DNA of 64,000 nucleotides from an uncultured delta proteobacterium. GTDB lineage: Bacteria; Myxococcota_A; Polyangia; Polyangiales; Polyangiaceae. Of this stretch, positions 29,175 through 40,253 are shown one piece after another; the stretch's first letter is position 1; the number at the start of each line of letters is the position of its first letter. Position numbers and translations under genes: made by a program. The notes under the pieces were generated by a model. It ran no database searches. It saw nothing but the letters and a program-made list of their open reading frames with translations, and had not been told where the DNA came from. Where the stretch lies: the NCBI GenBank assembly GCA_963782055.1, contig CAWAIF010000003.1, positions 5,376,001-5,440,000 on the forward strand, in the 5' to 3' direction.

Positions 29175-30970
29175 CCGAGCCTTCCCTCGCGACCGCGGAC
29201 GAGCCGCGCGCCAAGGGCGACCGCCTCCGGAGGGCGCTGCGCCTCGCGCCGGTGGTCGTCCCGCTGCTACTGGTGGTGCCTGCGCTCTGGCCGGAGCTGC
29301 GCATCGCGTGGCTCGCCGTGCACGAACCGTTCGGCCGCGACCAGGGCATCTTTCAGTACATCTCCTTCGCCTTGACGAAGGGGCAGCGCGACTACGCCGA
29401 CTTCCACGAGATCAACGGCCCGCTCGTTCACCTGCTGCAGCTCGTCCTGTACTGGATCGGCGGGGAGAACGAGCTGGTGATCCGCGCCGTCGACTTCGCG
29501 GCCACTGCCGTCGTCTTCTTCGGCGCGGGCGCCGTCATTCCGGGCATCGGCTGGGCCAAGGGCGACGCGCCGAACCGCCCACCCTTCTCCTCGCGCATCC
29601 TGTGGGGCCTCGCCGGCTCGGTGGCGCTGTGGGGCAATCTCCTCCGGTACAACTGGTGGGACCACACCCAGCGGGAGAGCTTCTACGACCTCTTCATCGT
29701 GGCGGCGCTCGCCATCCAGCTCTACGCGCACATCCCCTCGCGCCTGTCCGACCGACGGCGCCTCCTGCTCTTCGGCGTGGCCGGCGCGCTCTCCCTCTTG
29801 CCGAGCTTCGGCAAGCCGACGTGTGGACTCTACTTCCTCGGGCAGATCGCCGGCCTGTGGCTGGACGGGGAGGCTCCGCTCGATCGACGACGCCGGCTGC
29901 GTGCGTTCCTCCTCGGCGCGGCGGCGGGCTGCATCCCTGTGGCGATCTTCGTGGCGATCTACGCCGACCCGGCCGCCATGGTGCGCGACGTGCTGCTCGA
30001 CGGCCCGCGCATCTACCGCCACATCTGGCACAAGTCCTTCGCCGAGGGCTACTTCGCGTGGGGGAACGCACCCCGCCTCAACTACGGCGTCTTCACCGCC
30101 CTCGCGTTGGTGCCGCTCGCCTGGGTGGGCCTGCTTCCACGCCGGGTGTGGCCCGCGGCGTTCTTCCTCGTGGGCGGCATCATCAACTTCTTCCTGCAGG
30201 GGAAAATGTTCCCTTACCACCTGCACCCGATCACTTGCGGCGCCTTCCTCATCTGGGTCTGGACACTCGGCGTGCTCGTCGAGCGCGCGCCGCTCGGGCG
30301 GGTGCGCCGGACGCCGCCGGCGGTGGGGCTCGGGCTCGCCGCGTTCGTGGCGGCGTTCCTCTCCTGGCAGTGCATCGAGGAGGCCACGCTGTCGCAGACC
30401 GCGCGGGAGATGACGCCCGATCGTATGGCGGTCACGCACACCCTGTACGACCGCGAGCACAAGCTGCCCAAGTTCTACAACGGTGGCGACTACTACCCCT
30501 GGGACCTGCGGCGCGCGGGGTGGTTCATCCGTGACGTGACGGCCCCCTCGGAGCGCGTGCAGGTGTGGGGGATGGATCCCTACGTGCTGTTCTTCGCGCA
30601 GCGCCTCAGCGCCACCCCTTTCCTCTACAGCTTCGAGATCAACGTCGACGCGGCGATCGCCGGCGGGAGCGGCGGCAAGCCGAGCCCGAGCCAGGCCGCG
30701 TGGATCCGCGCCAAGGGCGCCGCCAACGCGAAGGAGCTCGATGAGGCGGTGCGCGCGCACCCGCCGGCCGCCTTCGTGATGATCGACAACCAGCCGTTCA
30801 GCTACCCGCAGGACGCCGACGAGGACTTCCACACGCACTGCCCCGCAACTTGGAGCTTCCTCGTCGATCGCTACACCCGGGTGCGGCGCTTCGGGCACGT
30901 GCGCGTGTGGCTCCGCAAAGATCTGGCGTCGAAGGTGGCACCACCGGCGGACCCGGCCGACGCGGGCTGA
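29171..30970 (+). CDS. Polytopic membrane protein, GT-C (ArnT/PMT-like)
   Basis: GRDQGIFQY, Y.DFHEINGP, QRE, GKP, FPYH. Confidence 0.65.
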   Translation: MTEPSLATADEPRAKGDRLRRALRLAPVVVPLLLVVPALWPELRIAWLAVHEPFGRDQGIFQYISFALTKGQRDYADFHEINGPLVHLLQLVLYWIGGENELVIRAVDFAATAVVFFGAGAVIPGIGWAKGDAPNRPPFSSRILWGLAGSVALWGNLLRYNWWDHTQRESFYDLFIVAALAIQLYAHIPSRLSDRRRLLLFGVAGALSLLPSFGKPTCGLYFLGQIAGLWLDGEAPLDRRRRLRAFLLGAAAGCIPVAIFVAIYADPAAMVRDVLLDGPRIYRHIWHKSFAEGYFAWGNAPRLNYGVFTALALVPLAWVGLLPRRVWPAAFFLVGGIINFFLQGKMFPYHLHPITCGAFLIWVWTLGVLVERAPLGRVRRTPPAVGLGLAAFVAAFLSWQCIEEATLSQTAREMTPDRMAVTHTLYDREHKLPKFYNGGDYYPWDLRRAGWFIRDVTAPSERVQVWGMDPYVLFFAQRLSATPFLYSFEINVDAAIAGGSGGKPSPSQAAWIRAKGAANAKELDEAVRAHPPAAFVMIDNQPFSYPQDADEDFHTHCPATWSFLVDRYTRVRRFGHVRVWLRKDLASKVAPPADPADAG

Positions 30971-31018
30971 CACCATTGCGACTGAGGAGCCCCTCGAGGG
31001 CGCCATTGTGACGCTTCC

Positions 31019-32650
31019 TCAGTTGATGCGCTCGTAGAGGAGGATGAAGTTGCCGCGGTGGTCGGAGTAGTCCCACCGCCAGTACCTGGGCACCGCGCGG
31101 TAGTGCGCGGTGAACTCCGGGGCGTGCACCAGTGCCGTCTCGCCCTCCCAGTAGCCCTCGTGGTACCAGACGCCGTCCAACCCGGGCTGCACGCGAGAGT
31201 TGAGGACGATCCAGTGCGGGCGACGTCGCAGGACGTACGTCGGGTCGTACTTCTCGTGGAGCCCACCGACGACGCGCGCGATGTGGCGATCGGCAAGGCC
31301 CGTCATGTCGACGGTGGGAAGCCTCGTGTAGAAGGGAACGGCGCCGGCATGGTTCACCGCAATGAGCGTGTCGGGCGTGGAGTGAGCCACGATCCACGCG
31401 GCGACGTCGCGCGACGCCTCGGTCATGGTTCCCTCAACGCGATCGGTAGGTGCCATTCGCCGGCCGGCGAGCGCGTCGGCGATCGTCCCGAGCGGGCGCA
31501 CGAACCGGTAGGACAGCGCCTTGCCAGGGTCGGCCAGGATCTGCTTGCGCGCCTTCAGCCCGAACCAGCTCGCCTCCTCCAGCCGGTCGTGCCAAGGCAG
31601 ATCGTCGTTGATCATGACGAACATGGTGACGGCGAGCAGCGAGGCACGGCGCCTCTGGCCGCCGGCCCTCCCGGTGAATGTCGCGGCGAGCAGCGCGAAC
31701 AGCGGCGGAAAGATGGGGAGCGAGAGGCGATGACCCCACATCCAATCGCCACCGCCACCCACGACGACGAACGCCAGCGCGCCGAGCAAGAGGAGGATGG
31801 CCGTGCGCACGCGCAACGCGAGCGATGGGGGGCAGCGCGCGCGCCACGCCACCCAGAGCCCTCGACCAACGACGGCGCATGCCACGGCGAGGCCGACGAG
31901 CATCCAGCAGCCGTACTCCAGCCCGAGGCCCAGCCGGTCGGCGAGCGGTCCCGTCGCCTTGGCGTAGTACGTGTTCGGAAAGATGGGCCCGTAGTACGCG
32001 AGCCGGAAGATCTCGTAACCGACGGCCGGCCCGAACGCGGCGGCGACTGGCCAGGGCCCTAGCGACCGGCGGCCGTGCGCGACCACCATCGCCACTGCCG
32101 AGGCGATCACCATGGCCGGCCCCTCCGGCCGCAGGACGCCGAGCAGCGCCGTAGCCGCCGCCCACCACGCCACATTTCCGCGGGCGATCGCGAGCAGCAG
32201 GACTCCCATGGTGAGGACGCAGAGCGGCGTCTCCAGCCCGCTCGGTGCCCAGTAGTGGAGTGAACCAGTCAGCGCGCAGGCGAGCACGACCATCGCCTGC
32301 CCCATCCGGGTGGCGCCGAGCTCGCGCGCCAGCCGCGCACCCACCGCCACGCCCGCAGCGACGAGCAGGATGCCGGCGAAGCGCGAGAACACGATGTAGC
32401 CCACACCCAGCCCTCGCGCGGCGACGAGGACGGCGAGCCAGGCGGGCGAGCTCATGCACTCCACATGGTCACCCGCGTTAAACACCGGGCCATGTCCGGC
32501 GAGCACGTTGTCGGCGACGCGGTCGTAGATGAAGGAGTCGTCCCCGCGCTGGTCGGCGAAGAAGTGCGCCAGCGCGACGTAGACCACGCAGCCCACGGCG
32601 AGCACACCCCACGCTGCCGCGTTCCTCCGGAGGCTCGCGCGGTCGATCAT
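31019..32650 (-). CDS. GT-C membrane protein, AftB-like
   Basis: DDSFI...GHGPVFN.G..VE..SSP.W, SGLET, RPEG, PNTYYAK, GGDWM, AGAVPF..DMTGL. Confidence 0.75.
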   Translation of the reverse strand: MIDRASLRRNAAAWGVLAVGCVVYVALAHFFADQRGDDSFIYDRVADNVLAGHGPVFNAGDHVECMSSPAWLAVLVAARGLGVGYIVFSRFAGILLVAAGVAVGARLARELGATRMGQAMVVLACALTGSLHYWAPSGLETPLCVLTMGVLLLAIARGNVAWWAAATALLGVLRPEGPAMVIASAVAMVVAHGRRSLGPWPVAAAFGPAVGYEIFRLAYYGPIFPNTYYAKATGPLADRLGLGLEYGCWMLVGLAVACAVVGRGLWVAWRARCPPSLALRVRTAILLLLGALAFVVVGGGGDWMWGHRLSLPIFPPLFALLAATFTGRAGGQRRRASLLAVTMFVMINDDLPWHDRLEEASWFGLKARKQILADPGKALSYRFVRPLGTIADALAGRRMAPTDRVEGTMTEASRDVAAWIVAHSTPDTLIAVNHAGAVPFYTRLPTVDMTGLADRHIARVVGGLHEKYDPTYVLRRRPHWIVLNSRVQPGLDGVWYHEGYWEGETALVHAPEFTAHYRAVPRYWRWDYSDHRGNFILLYERIN

Positions 32651-33864
32651 CGTTCCCTGCCCGGCGCACGGGCGAGAACCTGCTCGGCCTTCTCGAGCAC
32701 CGCCCTCGCGCTCATCGCGCCCTTGTAGACGTAGAGCGCGGCGTCGTCCACGTCGCCGAGCACGTCCTCACTCACGCGCAGGCGCGAGCTCACGGCGAAG
32801 AGGATGGGCTCGGGCAGCCCCGCGCGGGCGAGCTCCACGCGACGCCACACCGCGTCGCGGCTCCAGTAGCCCAGCACCTCGAGGAACACCCGCCGCCCGT
32901 CCTTCTCCAGCGCCAGGTCGGGCGCACACAGGCCGACGCCGGGCAGGTGCAAGAGCTCGCTCGCCGGGCGGGCGGTCCAGCCGCCCTTCGCCTTCTTCAC
33001 GGCGCTCGCCAGCGCCTCCACCTCGTCCGGCAGGCGGGCGGGCGCGCCACCGCCGCCCGAGCCGCCCTCCAGCCGGAAGACCAGGGCCTCGCGGTCCTTG
33101 CCCCAGCGCACGTCCGCCTCCAGCGCGAAGCGCTCGCACGCCTCCAGCGCGGGCAGCGCGAGCGCGAGCTGCAGGCCGTACTTGGTGCTCGCGTCGAAGA
33201 GGCTCATCGGGCCGTCGATGACCAGCCGGTACGCCCCGCGCTGCTCCGCGTCCGGCTCCACCGTGAAGAGCAGGCGCAGGAACTTGAGCTTGTGAAAGAG
33301 CGCGCGCGCCGCCCCGGGCGCGCCGCACGTCACCCGTACCCGCAAGCGCACCGCGCGCAGCAGCACCGCCTGGTCCATCGCGCGCTCGTACGCGTCGACC
33401 AGACCGATGGGGTCGGCGCGATCGAAGCGCACCAGCGGGTGCGCGGCGCGCAGGTCGGCGTACAGGCCCCGCTCCACGTCCTCGGCGGTCACGCCGTGCT
33501 CCGCCGCCGCGGCGTTCACCAGCGCCGCGCGATCGATGCGCCCGTGCTCACGCCGCGCCGCGGACGCGGCCCCGAAGAGCGCGCCACGCAGCGCCTCCGG
33601 GTCCACCGGCGGCGCCGCCTGGAACTCGCACCGGTCGAGCACCAGCTTGAGCAGCCCGGCGTGGACGCGCGTGTCGCGCGGCTCGTGCGCGACCCCCGAC
33701 AGCGCCTGCTCCACCTCCCCCCGCGCCGCCCCCAGGTACGACGACGCCGTCGCCGTGAGCTCGCGCGCGATGCCGACGGCGCGAACGCGGGCCTTCGCAT
33801 CCAGCCGCGACACGAGGAGCTGCCCGTCCTTGCGGCGGGCGCGCACGTGTTCGGTGAGCAGCAC
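32647..33864 (-). CDS. DUF790 family (Bax1-like) endonuclease
   Basis: LYADL, IDGPMSLF..STKYG, PDL...LEVLGYW. Confidence 0.85.
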   Translation of the reverse strand: MLLTEHVRARRKDGQLLVSRLDAKARVRAVGIARELTATASSYLGAARGEVEQALSGVAHEPRDTRVHAGLLKLVLDRCEFQAAPPVDPEALRGALFGAASAARREHGRIDRAALVNAAAAEHGVTAEDVERGLYADLRAAHPLVRFDRADPIGLVDAYERAMDQAVLLRAVRLRVRVTCGAPGAARALFHKLKFLRLLFTVEPDAEQRGAYRLVIDGPMSLFDASTKYGLQLALALPALEACERFALEADVRWGKDREALVFRLEGGSGGGGAPARLPDEVEALASAVKKAKGGWTARPASELLHLPGVGLCAPDLALEKDGRRVFLEVLGYWSRDAVWRRVELARAGLPEPILFAVSSRLRVSEDVLGDVDDAALYVYKGAMSARAVLEKAEQVLARAPGRER

Positions 33865-33913
33865 GCCCGAAACCTAGCAGTTTGACGGAGCCGCGGGGCG
33901 CACGTTATCCGGT

Positions 33914-34672
33914 ATGGAGGTGGCGCTCATCCGTATCCTCGCGGCGGCCGCGGCCCTCGGCGCGACCCTCCACGCGACTCCCGCCGCGGCGCAGGGCTGC
34001 CCGGTTCCCGGCGGCGCGAGGCCCCGACTGGCGGCCGCGGACGCGAGCGCGCGGCTCTCCTTCGTGCGCGGCGAGCTCGACGCGCAGGCCGCCTTCGCAC
34101 ACGAGTGGACCACCGCGTGGCTCTCCATCAACACAGTCGTGACCGCGGGCGCGTTCGGCCTCGCCGCCATCGCCTCCGACGAGACGGATCGCGACGACAA
34201 CCTCATCGCCGGCGGGTTCGCCACCGCCAATGCCTTCGCGGGCCTGCTCTTCCGCCTTCGCGTGGAGTCGGATGCCCCGCGCCTCGACGCGCTCGCGCGG
34301 ACGCTGGGCGACGGCGCCGCGATGCGCTGCCTGCTGCTCGCGCGGGGCGAGCAGCTCTTCGCGCGCGACGCCGCCGATCAGCGCGCGAGCGCCGGCTGGT
34401 TCGCGCACGCGCTCGCGGTGGTCGGCAACGGCGCGCTCTTCGTCATCCTGGGTCCGGTCCTCGGCCACTGGGCGGACGCGGTGCTCGACACCGTCGGCGG
34501 CCTCCTCCTCAACGAAGCGCAGATCTTCACGCAGCCCACCGGCCTGGTCTCCGCGTGGCAGCGCTACCGGCGCGGCGATCTCTCGCGACCCGGCGCCACG
34601 CGGAGCTCCCTCCGCCTGGGACCGGCCCCGGCGCGTGGCGCGCTCGGCCTCGGCCTCTACGCCTCCTTCTGA
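33914..34672 (+). CDS. Hypothetical exported/membrane protein
   Basis: Signal peptide, hydrophobic helices, C-terminal GLGLYASF. Confidence 0.6.
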   Translation: MEVALIRILAAAAALGATLHATPAAAQGCPVPGGARPRLAAADASARLSFVRGELDAQAAFAHEWTTAWLSINTVVTAGAFGLAAIASDETDRDDNLIAGGFATANAFAGLLFRLRVESDAPRLDALARTLGDGAAMRCLLLARGEQLFARDAADQRASAGWFAHALAVVGNGALFVILGPVLGHWADAVLDTVGGLLLNEAQIFTQPTGLVSAWQRYRRGDLSRPGATRSSLRLGPAPARGALGLGLYASF

Positions 34673-35534
34673 TCACTCCTTCACGCGCAGCGGGACCACC
34701 AGGTAGCGAGAGCCGTTGGCGTGCGGAGGCGGCAGGCGGCCGGCATCCACGTTCACCTGCACGCTCGGCCAGAGTAGCCGCGGGGCGGAGAGCGTCTTGT
34801 CGCGCGACTCGCGCTCGCGCACGAAGTCCTCCTCGCGAGTCGAAGCGCGCAGCCGCACGTTGCGCTCCTTCTCGCTCCCGATGGTGGTCTCCCACATCAC
34901 GTCGCGGCCGCCCGGCTGGTAGTCGTGGCCGACGAACACGCGCGTGGCGTCGGGCAGGGCGTAGAGCTTGCCGTGGACGGAGGCGTACAGCGCCGCGGCG
35001 CTCCCGCGCGGGAAGTCGCAGCGGCCCGTGCCGTAGTCGTCCATGAAGAGCGCATCCCCGGTGAAGACCGCGTCGCCGACGAGGTAGCTCACGCACGCGG
35101 GCGTGTGCCCGGGCGTCGACAGCACGCGCACGTCCAGCGAGCCCGCGTGGACCACCTCACCATCGCCGAGCAGCGCGTTCGAACTGGCTGCCGTCGGCGC
35201 GGAACGTCGGGCCCAGGTCGAGCATGTCCTTGAAGGTCTCCTGCACCTCGGTGATGCGCTTCCCGATGGCGATCTTCGCGCCGTAGCGCGACTTGAGCCA
35301 CTGCGCGCCGCTCAGGTGGTCGGCGTGGGCGTGCGTCTCCAGCACGTAGCGCAGCTCGAGCTGGTGGGCCTCGATCACGTCCGCCACGCGCTGCAGGGAC
35401 CGCGTCTCGACGGTGCCGCCGGCGGGGTCGTAGTCGAGCACCGGATCGATCACCACGGCGTCCCGCGTGGCGGCGTCGAAGACGACGTAGGTCAGCGTGG
35501 ACGTGGCGGGATCGTAGAGCGGACGGATTTCCAT
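34673..35534 (-). pseudogene. MBL-fold persulfide dioxygenase (ETHE1/Blh-like), frameshifted near 35178
   Basis: [10 protein letters not shown] in one frame; TPGHT, GDALF, GRCDF, GHDY in another; removing one A restores DGSQFDALLGDGE. Confidence 0.85.
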
Positions 35535-35585
35535 GACGGTAGGAGGCAGCGGCGGGCCCAAAGGAGTCGCCAGAGCCACCCGACC

Positions 35586-36944
<1,359 letters not shown>

Positions 36945-37116
36945 CTGGCAACCCAATCCGGGCAGCCGCCCGAACGCCCGATCGTTAGCACGCACACGCT
37001 CCGCTCACCGGGGGGATGCGGCGCGACGGCCGAGGCATGACGCGCCGCGACAAGCGGATGCAACGAATTACAAGTCGATGACAATCGTAAGTCCATGGAA
37101 TGCTTAGCTGCCGCGC

Positions 37117-38673
37117 ATGCACGTCGCCCTTTGCACGGCCTATTTCGCGGTGCTCCTCCTGCTGGCCAGCTACGGCCTCCACCGGTCCCACCTCGTCTTC
37201 ACGTGCCTGCGCCTCCGCAAGAAGCTGGCGGCCCTCCGCAACGTCCCGCCGGCGGACGCCAGCGAGGACGCCCTGCCACACGTGACCATCCAGCTCCCCC
37301 TCTTCAACGAGGCCACGGTCGCGGTGCGGCTGCTCGAGCACGTCGCCCGCCTGGACTACCCGCGCGACCGCCTGGAAATCCAGGTGCTGGACGACTCGAC
37401 CGACGAGACCGAGGCCCTCGTCAGGGCGGCCATCCGCCGCTTCGCCGACGACCCCACCACCTCTGACCTGGACATCGTCTACATCCACCGCACCGACCGC
37501 ACCGGTTACAAGGCCGGCGCCCTCGACAACGGCCTGAAGAGCTGCAAGGGCGAGCTTGTCGCCATCTTCGACGCGGACTTCCTGCCGCAGCCGAGCTTCG
37601 TCCGCTCCCTGGTCCCCCACTTCTCCGACGCCAAGGTGGGGATGGTGCAGGCCCGCTGGGGCCACCTCAACCGCGCCCACTCCCTGCTGACCCGCGTGCA
37701 GGCGCTGATGCTCGACGGCCACCACCTGGTGGAGAACCGCGCCCGCACCGCCGCCGGCTGGCTCTTCAACTTCTCCGGCACCGGCGGCATGTGGCGCAAG
37801 GAAGCCATCTTCACCAGCGGCGGCTGGCAGCACGACACCCTGACCGAGGACCTGGACCTCAGCTACCGCGCGCAGATGGCGGGCTGGAAGTTCGTCTACC
37901 GCGAGGACGTGGTCACCCCGGCCGAGCTGCCGGAGGACGTGAGCGCCTTCCGCGCGCAGCAGTTCCGCTGGGCCAAGGGTACCGTGCAGACCGCGCGCAA
38001 GCTGATGAAGCGCGTGTCCACCTCCAACCTCACCCTGGGCCAGCGCGTCGAGGCCTTCTTCCACCTGACGCCCCACTTCGCCTACCCGCTGATGGTGGTG
38101 CTGAGCGTGCTGCTGCTCCCCGCCCTCATCCTCATGCCCGCGACCAACCCCCGGACGATGCTCCTCATCGACCTCCCGCTCTGCATCGGGACGACTGGCT
38201 CCCTCGCCGCGTTCTACGCCATGGCGGAGGCGGCCCAGGGTCGCGGCCGCATCGAGGCCTTCAAGCAGCTCCCTGCGCTCCTCGCCCTGGGCGCGGGCCT
38301 GGCGCCCCACCTCAGCAAGGCCGTCTACGAGGGCCTTCACACCATGGCCGGCGAGTTCGTGCGTACGCCCAAGAAGGGCGTCGGCGCCAAGGGCGGGCAG
38401 CGCTACCGCGCGGCGGCGGACCTCCCCCTCGTCGAGATCGCCCTCTGCCTGGTCTCGCTGGGCAGCAGCTTGGCCTCGCTGGAGACTGGCCACTGGTTCG
38501 CCACGCCCTTCGCGCTCATCTTCACCTTCGGCTACGGCTACGTCGCCACCCTGGTGGTGGCGGAGCAGCTCGCGCGCCGCCGCTCCGCCGAGGACGTGCT
38601 CCTCGCGCCCGATGGCGCCGACAGCGTGCCCCCCGCCGAGCGGGTGGGCTCGGTCGGCGATCTGGCGGCCTGA
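37117..38673 (+). CDS. Processive GT2 glycosyltransferase (cellulose-synthase-like)
   Basis: DDSTD, KAGAL, DAD, TED, QQFRW, C-terminal TMs. Confidence 0.92.
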   Translation: MHVALCTAYFAVLLLLASYGLHRSHLVFTCLRLRKKLAALRNVPPADASEDALPHVTIQLPLFNEATVAVRLLEHVARLDYPRDRLEIQVLDDSTDETEALVRAAIRRFADDPTTSDLDIVYIHRTDRTGYKAGALDNGLKSCKGELVAIFDADFLPQPSFVRSLVPHFSDAKVGMVQARWGHLNRAHSLLTRVQALMLDGHHLVENRARTAAGWLFNFSGTGGMWRKEAIFTSGGWQHDTLTEDLDLSYRAQMAGWKFVYREDVVTPAELPEDVSAFRAQQFRWAKGTVQTARKLMKRVSTSNLTLGQRVEAFFHLTPHFAYPLMVVLSVLLLPALILMPATNPRTMLLIDLPLCIGTTGSLAAFYAMAEAAQGRGRIEAFKQLPALLALGAGLAPHLSKAVYEGLHTMAGEFVRTPKKGVGAKGGQRYRAAADLPLVEIALCLVSLGSSLASLETGHWFATPFALIFTFGYGYVATLVVAEQLARRRSAEDVLLAPDGADSVPPAERVGSVGDLAA

Positions 38674-38702
38674 GCCTCACCTCGCCTCTCCGCCTCACCC
38701 CG

Positions 38703-38742
38703 CCTCACCCCCCGACCCCCTCTCCCTACGAGGGAGAGGGGG
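38703..38742. repeat. REP-like palindrome
   Basis: CCTCACCCC leader then CCCCCTCTCCCT-ACG-AGGGAGAGGGGG (12-bp perfect stem). Confidence 0.7.
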
Positions 38743-38851
38743 AGAAGAGAGGGGAAGAGGCGAGGCGAAGGGGGGGTGTGTTTTGGCGTGGCGCGCGAGC
38801 TGTAAAAACGCTTACCATCCAGGCACCTAGCCAACGGGGGCCCGCGCCGCA

Positions 38852-39187
38852 ATGACCAAGGCAGAGATCGTCCAGGCCATCTACAGCCGCGTCGGCGGCT
38901 TCTCCAAGAAGGAGTCGGCCGACATCGTCGACCTCGTCTTCGAGATGATGAAGGAGACGCTGGGCCGCGGCGAGAAGATCAAGGTGAGCGGCTTCGGCAA
39001 CTTCGTCCTGCGCGACAAGCGCCAGCGACCCGGCCGCAACCCCCAGACGGGCGACCCCATCAAGATCAGCGAGCGGCGCGTCCTCACCTTCAAGGCGAGC
39101 CAGATCCTCAAGCACGCGCTCAACCCGCGCGACGACGGCAACGGCGGTCCCGACACGAACGGTGGCGGCGGAAGCTCCGACGAGTGA
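38852..39187 (+). CDS. ihfA: Integration host factor alpha
   Basis: MTKAEI, KVSGFGNF, RPGRNPQTG, TFKAS; followed by merR-like gene. Confidence 0.9.
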   Translation: MTKAEIVQAIYSRVGGFSKKESADIVDLVFEMMKETLGRGEKIKVSGFGNFVLRDKRQRPGRNPQTGDPIKISERRVLTFKASQILKHALNPRDDGNGGPDTNGGGGSSDE

Positions 39188-39201
39188 GCTCGGCACGCCC
39201 G

Positions 39202-39612
39202 ATGAACGAACGCCGCCTCCCGGACAAGCTCTACTTCCGCATCGGGGAGGTGGCCGACCTGGTCGGGGTGGAGCGGCACGTTCTGCGCTACTGGGAGCGC
39301 GAGTTCCGCACCAGCGTCCGCCCGACCAAGAGCGCCAAGGGCCACCGCATCTACTCCCGCCGCGACGTGGAGAACCTGCTGCGGGTCCGCGACCTGCTCT
39401 ACACCCACGGATTCACCATCGCCGGCGCGCGCAAGCGCATGCAGCGCCCCGGCGCGGCGAAGGTCGAGGAGCAGCAGGCGTCGGCCGATGCGGCGGGGGA
39501 CGGGGCGCCGACGCCCGCGTCGACCGCTCGCGAGGGACACACCCGCGAGACGCTCCTCGCCGTCCGCTCGGAGATCGAGGCCTTCCTCGATGAGCTCGGC
39601 TCCGGCGGGTAG
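39202..39612 (+). CDS. MerR family regulator (ihfA-associated)
   Basis: DKLYFRIGEVA, VLRYWE.EF, GFTIAGAR. Confidence 0.92.
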   Translation: MNERRLPDKLYFRIGEVADLVGVERHVLRYWEREFRTSVRPTKSAKGHRIYSRRDVENLLRVRDLLYTHGFTIAGARKRMQRPGAAKVEEQQASADAAGDGAPTPASTAREGHTRETLLAVRSEIEAFLDELGSGG

Positions 39613-40225
39613 CCTCGTCGTCGAGGTGCCGGCCGGGTGGGTGAACGACGCCTCCGTCGCGGCGCCGGACCTGTCGCAGGCGCCTCGGCTCACGCTGGAG
39701 GGCTGGTACGGCGCGCGCTCGCCGGACGGACACGCCCGCCTGGTGTGGGGAGCCTTCCGCGCTGACGCCGCCGGCTGGGCGCCGGAGGCGAACGAGCTCG
39801 CGCTCCACAAACTCCTCGGGACCGCGTCGTCCACGGCCGCGCGCGCGCGCGGCGAGGGCACGATGCACGTCGTCGCCAGCGGCCCCGCCGGACGCTTGAC
39901 GCGTCAAACATGGGCGGGCGACGGCCTCGAGGGCGCCGGCCTCCTCGGCTTCACCGGCGATCAGGTCCACGCCGCCTTCGCCGTCTGCGTCGCCGACCGC
40001 GGCGCGACGCCCCCCGCGGACTGCGCCCGCGCCGCGCGCTCCGCCACGCTCCGCGGCCCGCTCGACGCCCCGCCACCTCCCACCCTCGCCATGCGCGCCG
40101 GGCTCGCCCTGGTGCACCATCCGCGCGCCGCGCAGCTCTCCCTGCTGGGCGCCCTCGTCGTTCTGGGGTGTCTGGCGATCGTCACCCGCCGCAGACCCGG
40201 GCGTAAATCACCATCGCGCGCGTGA
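39590..40225 (+). CDS. Hypothetical protein with C-terminal TM anchor
   Basis: Overlaps merR end; ends in a TM segment plus basic tail. Confidence 0.5.
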   Translation: MSSAPAGSLVVEVPAGWVNDASVAAPDLSQAPRLTLEGWYGARSPDGHARLVWGAFRADAAGWAPEANELALHKLLGTASSTAARARGEGTMHVVASGPAGRLTRQTWAGDGLEGAGLLGFTGDQVHAAFAVCVADRGATPPADCARAARSATLRGPLDAPPPPTLAMRAGLALVHHPRAAQLSLLGALVVLGCLAIVTRRRPGRKSPSRA

Positions 40226-40253
40226 GAATACCCGTGTTACAAGCCCGAACACG

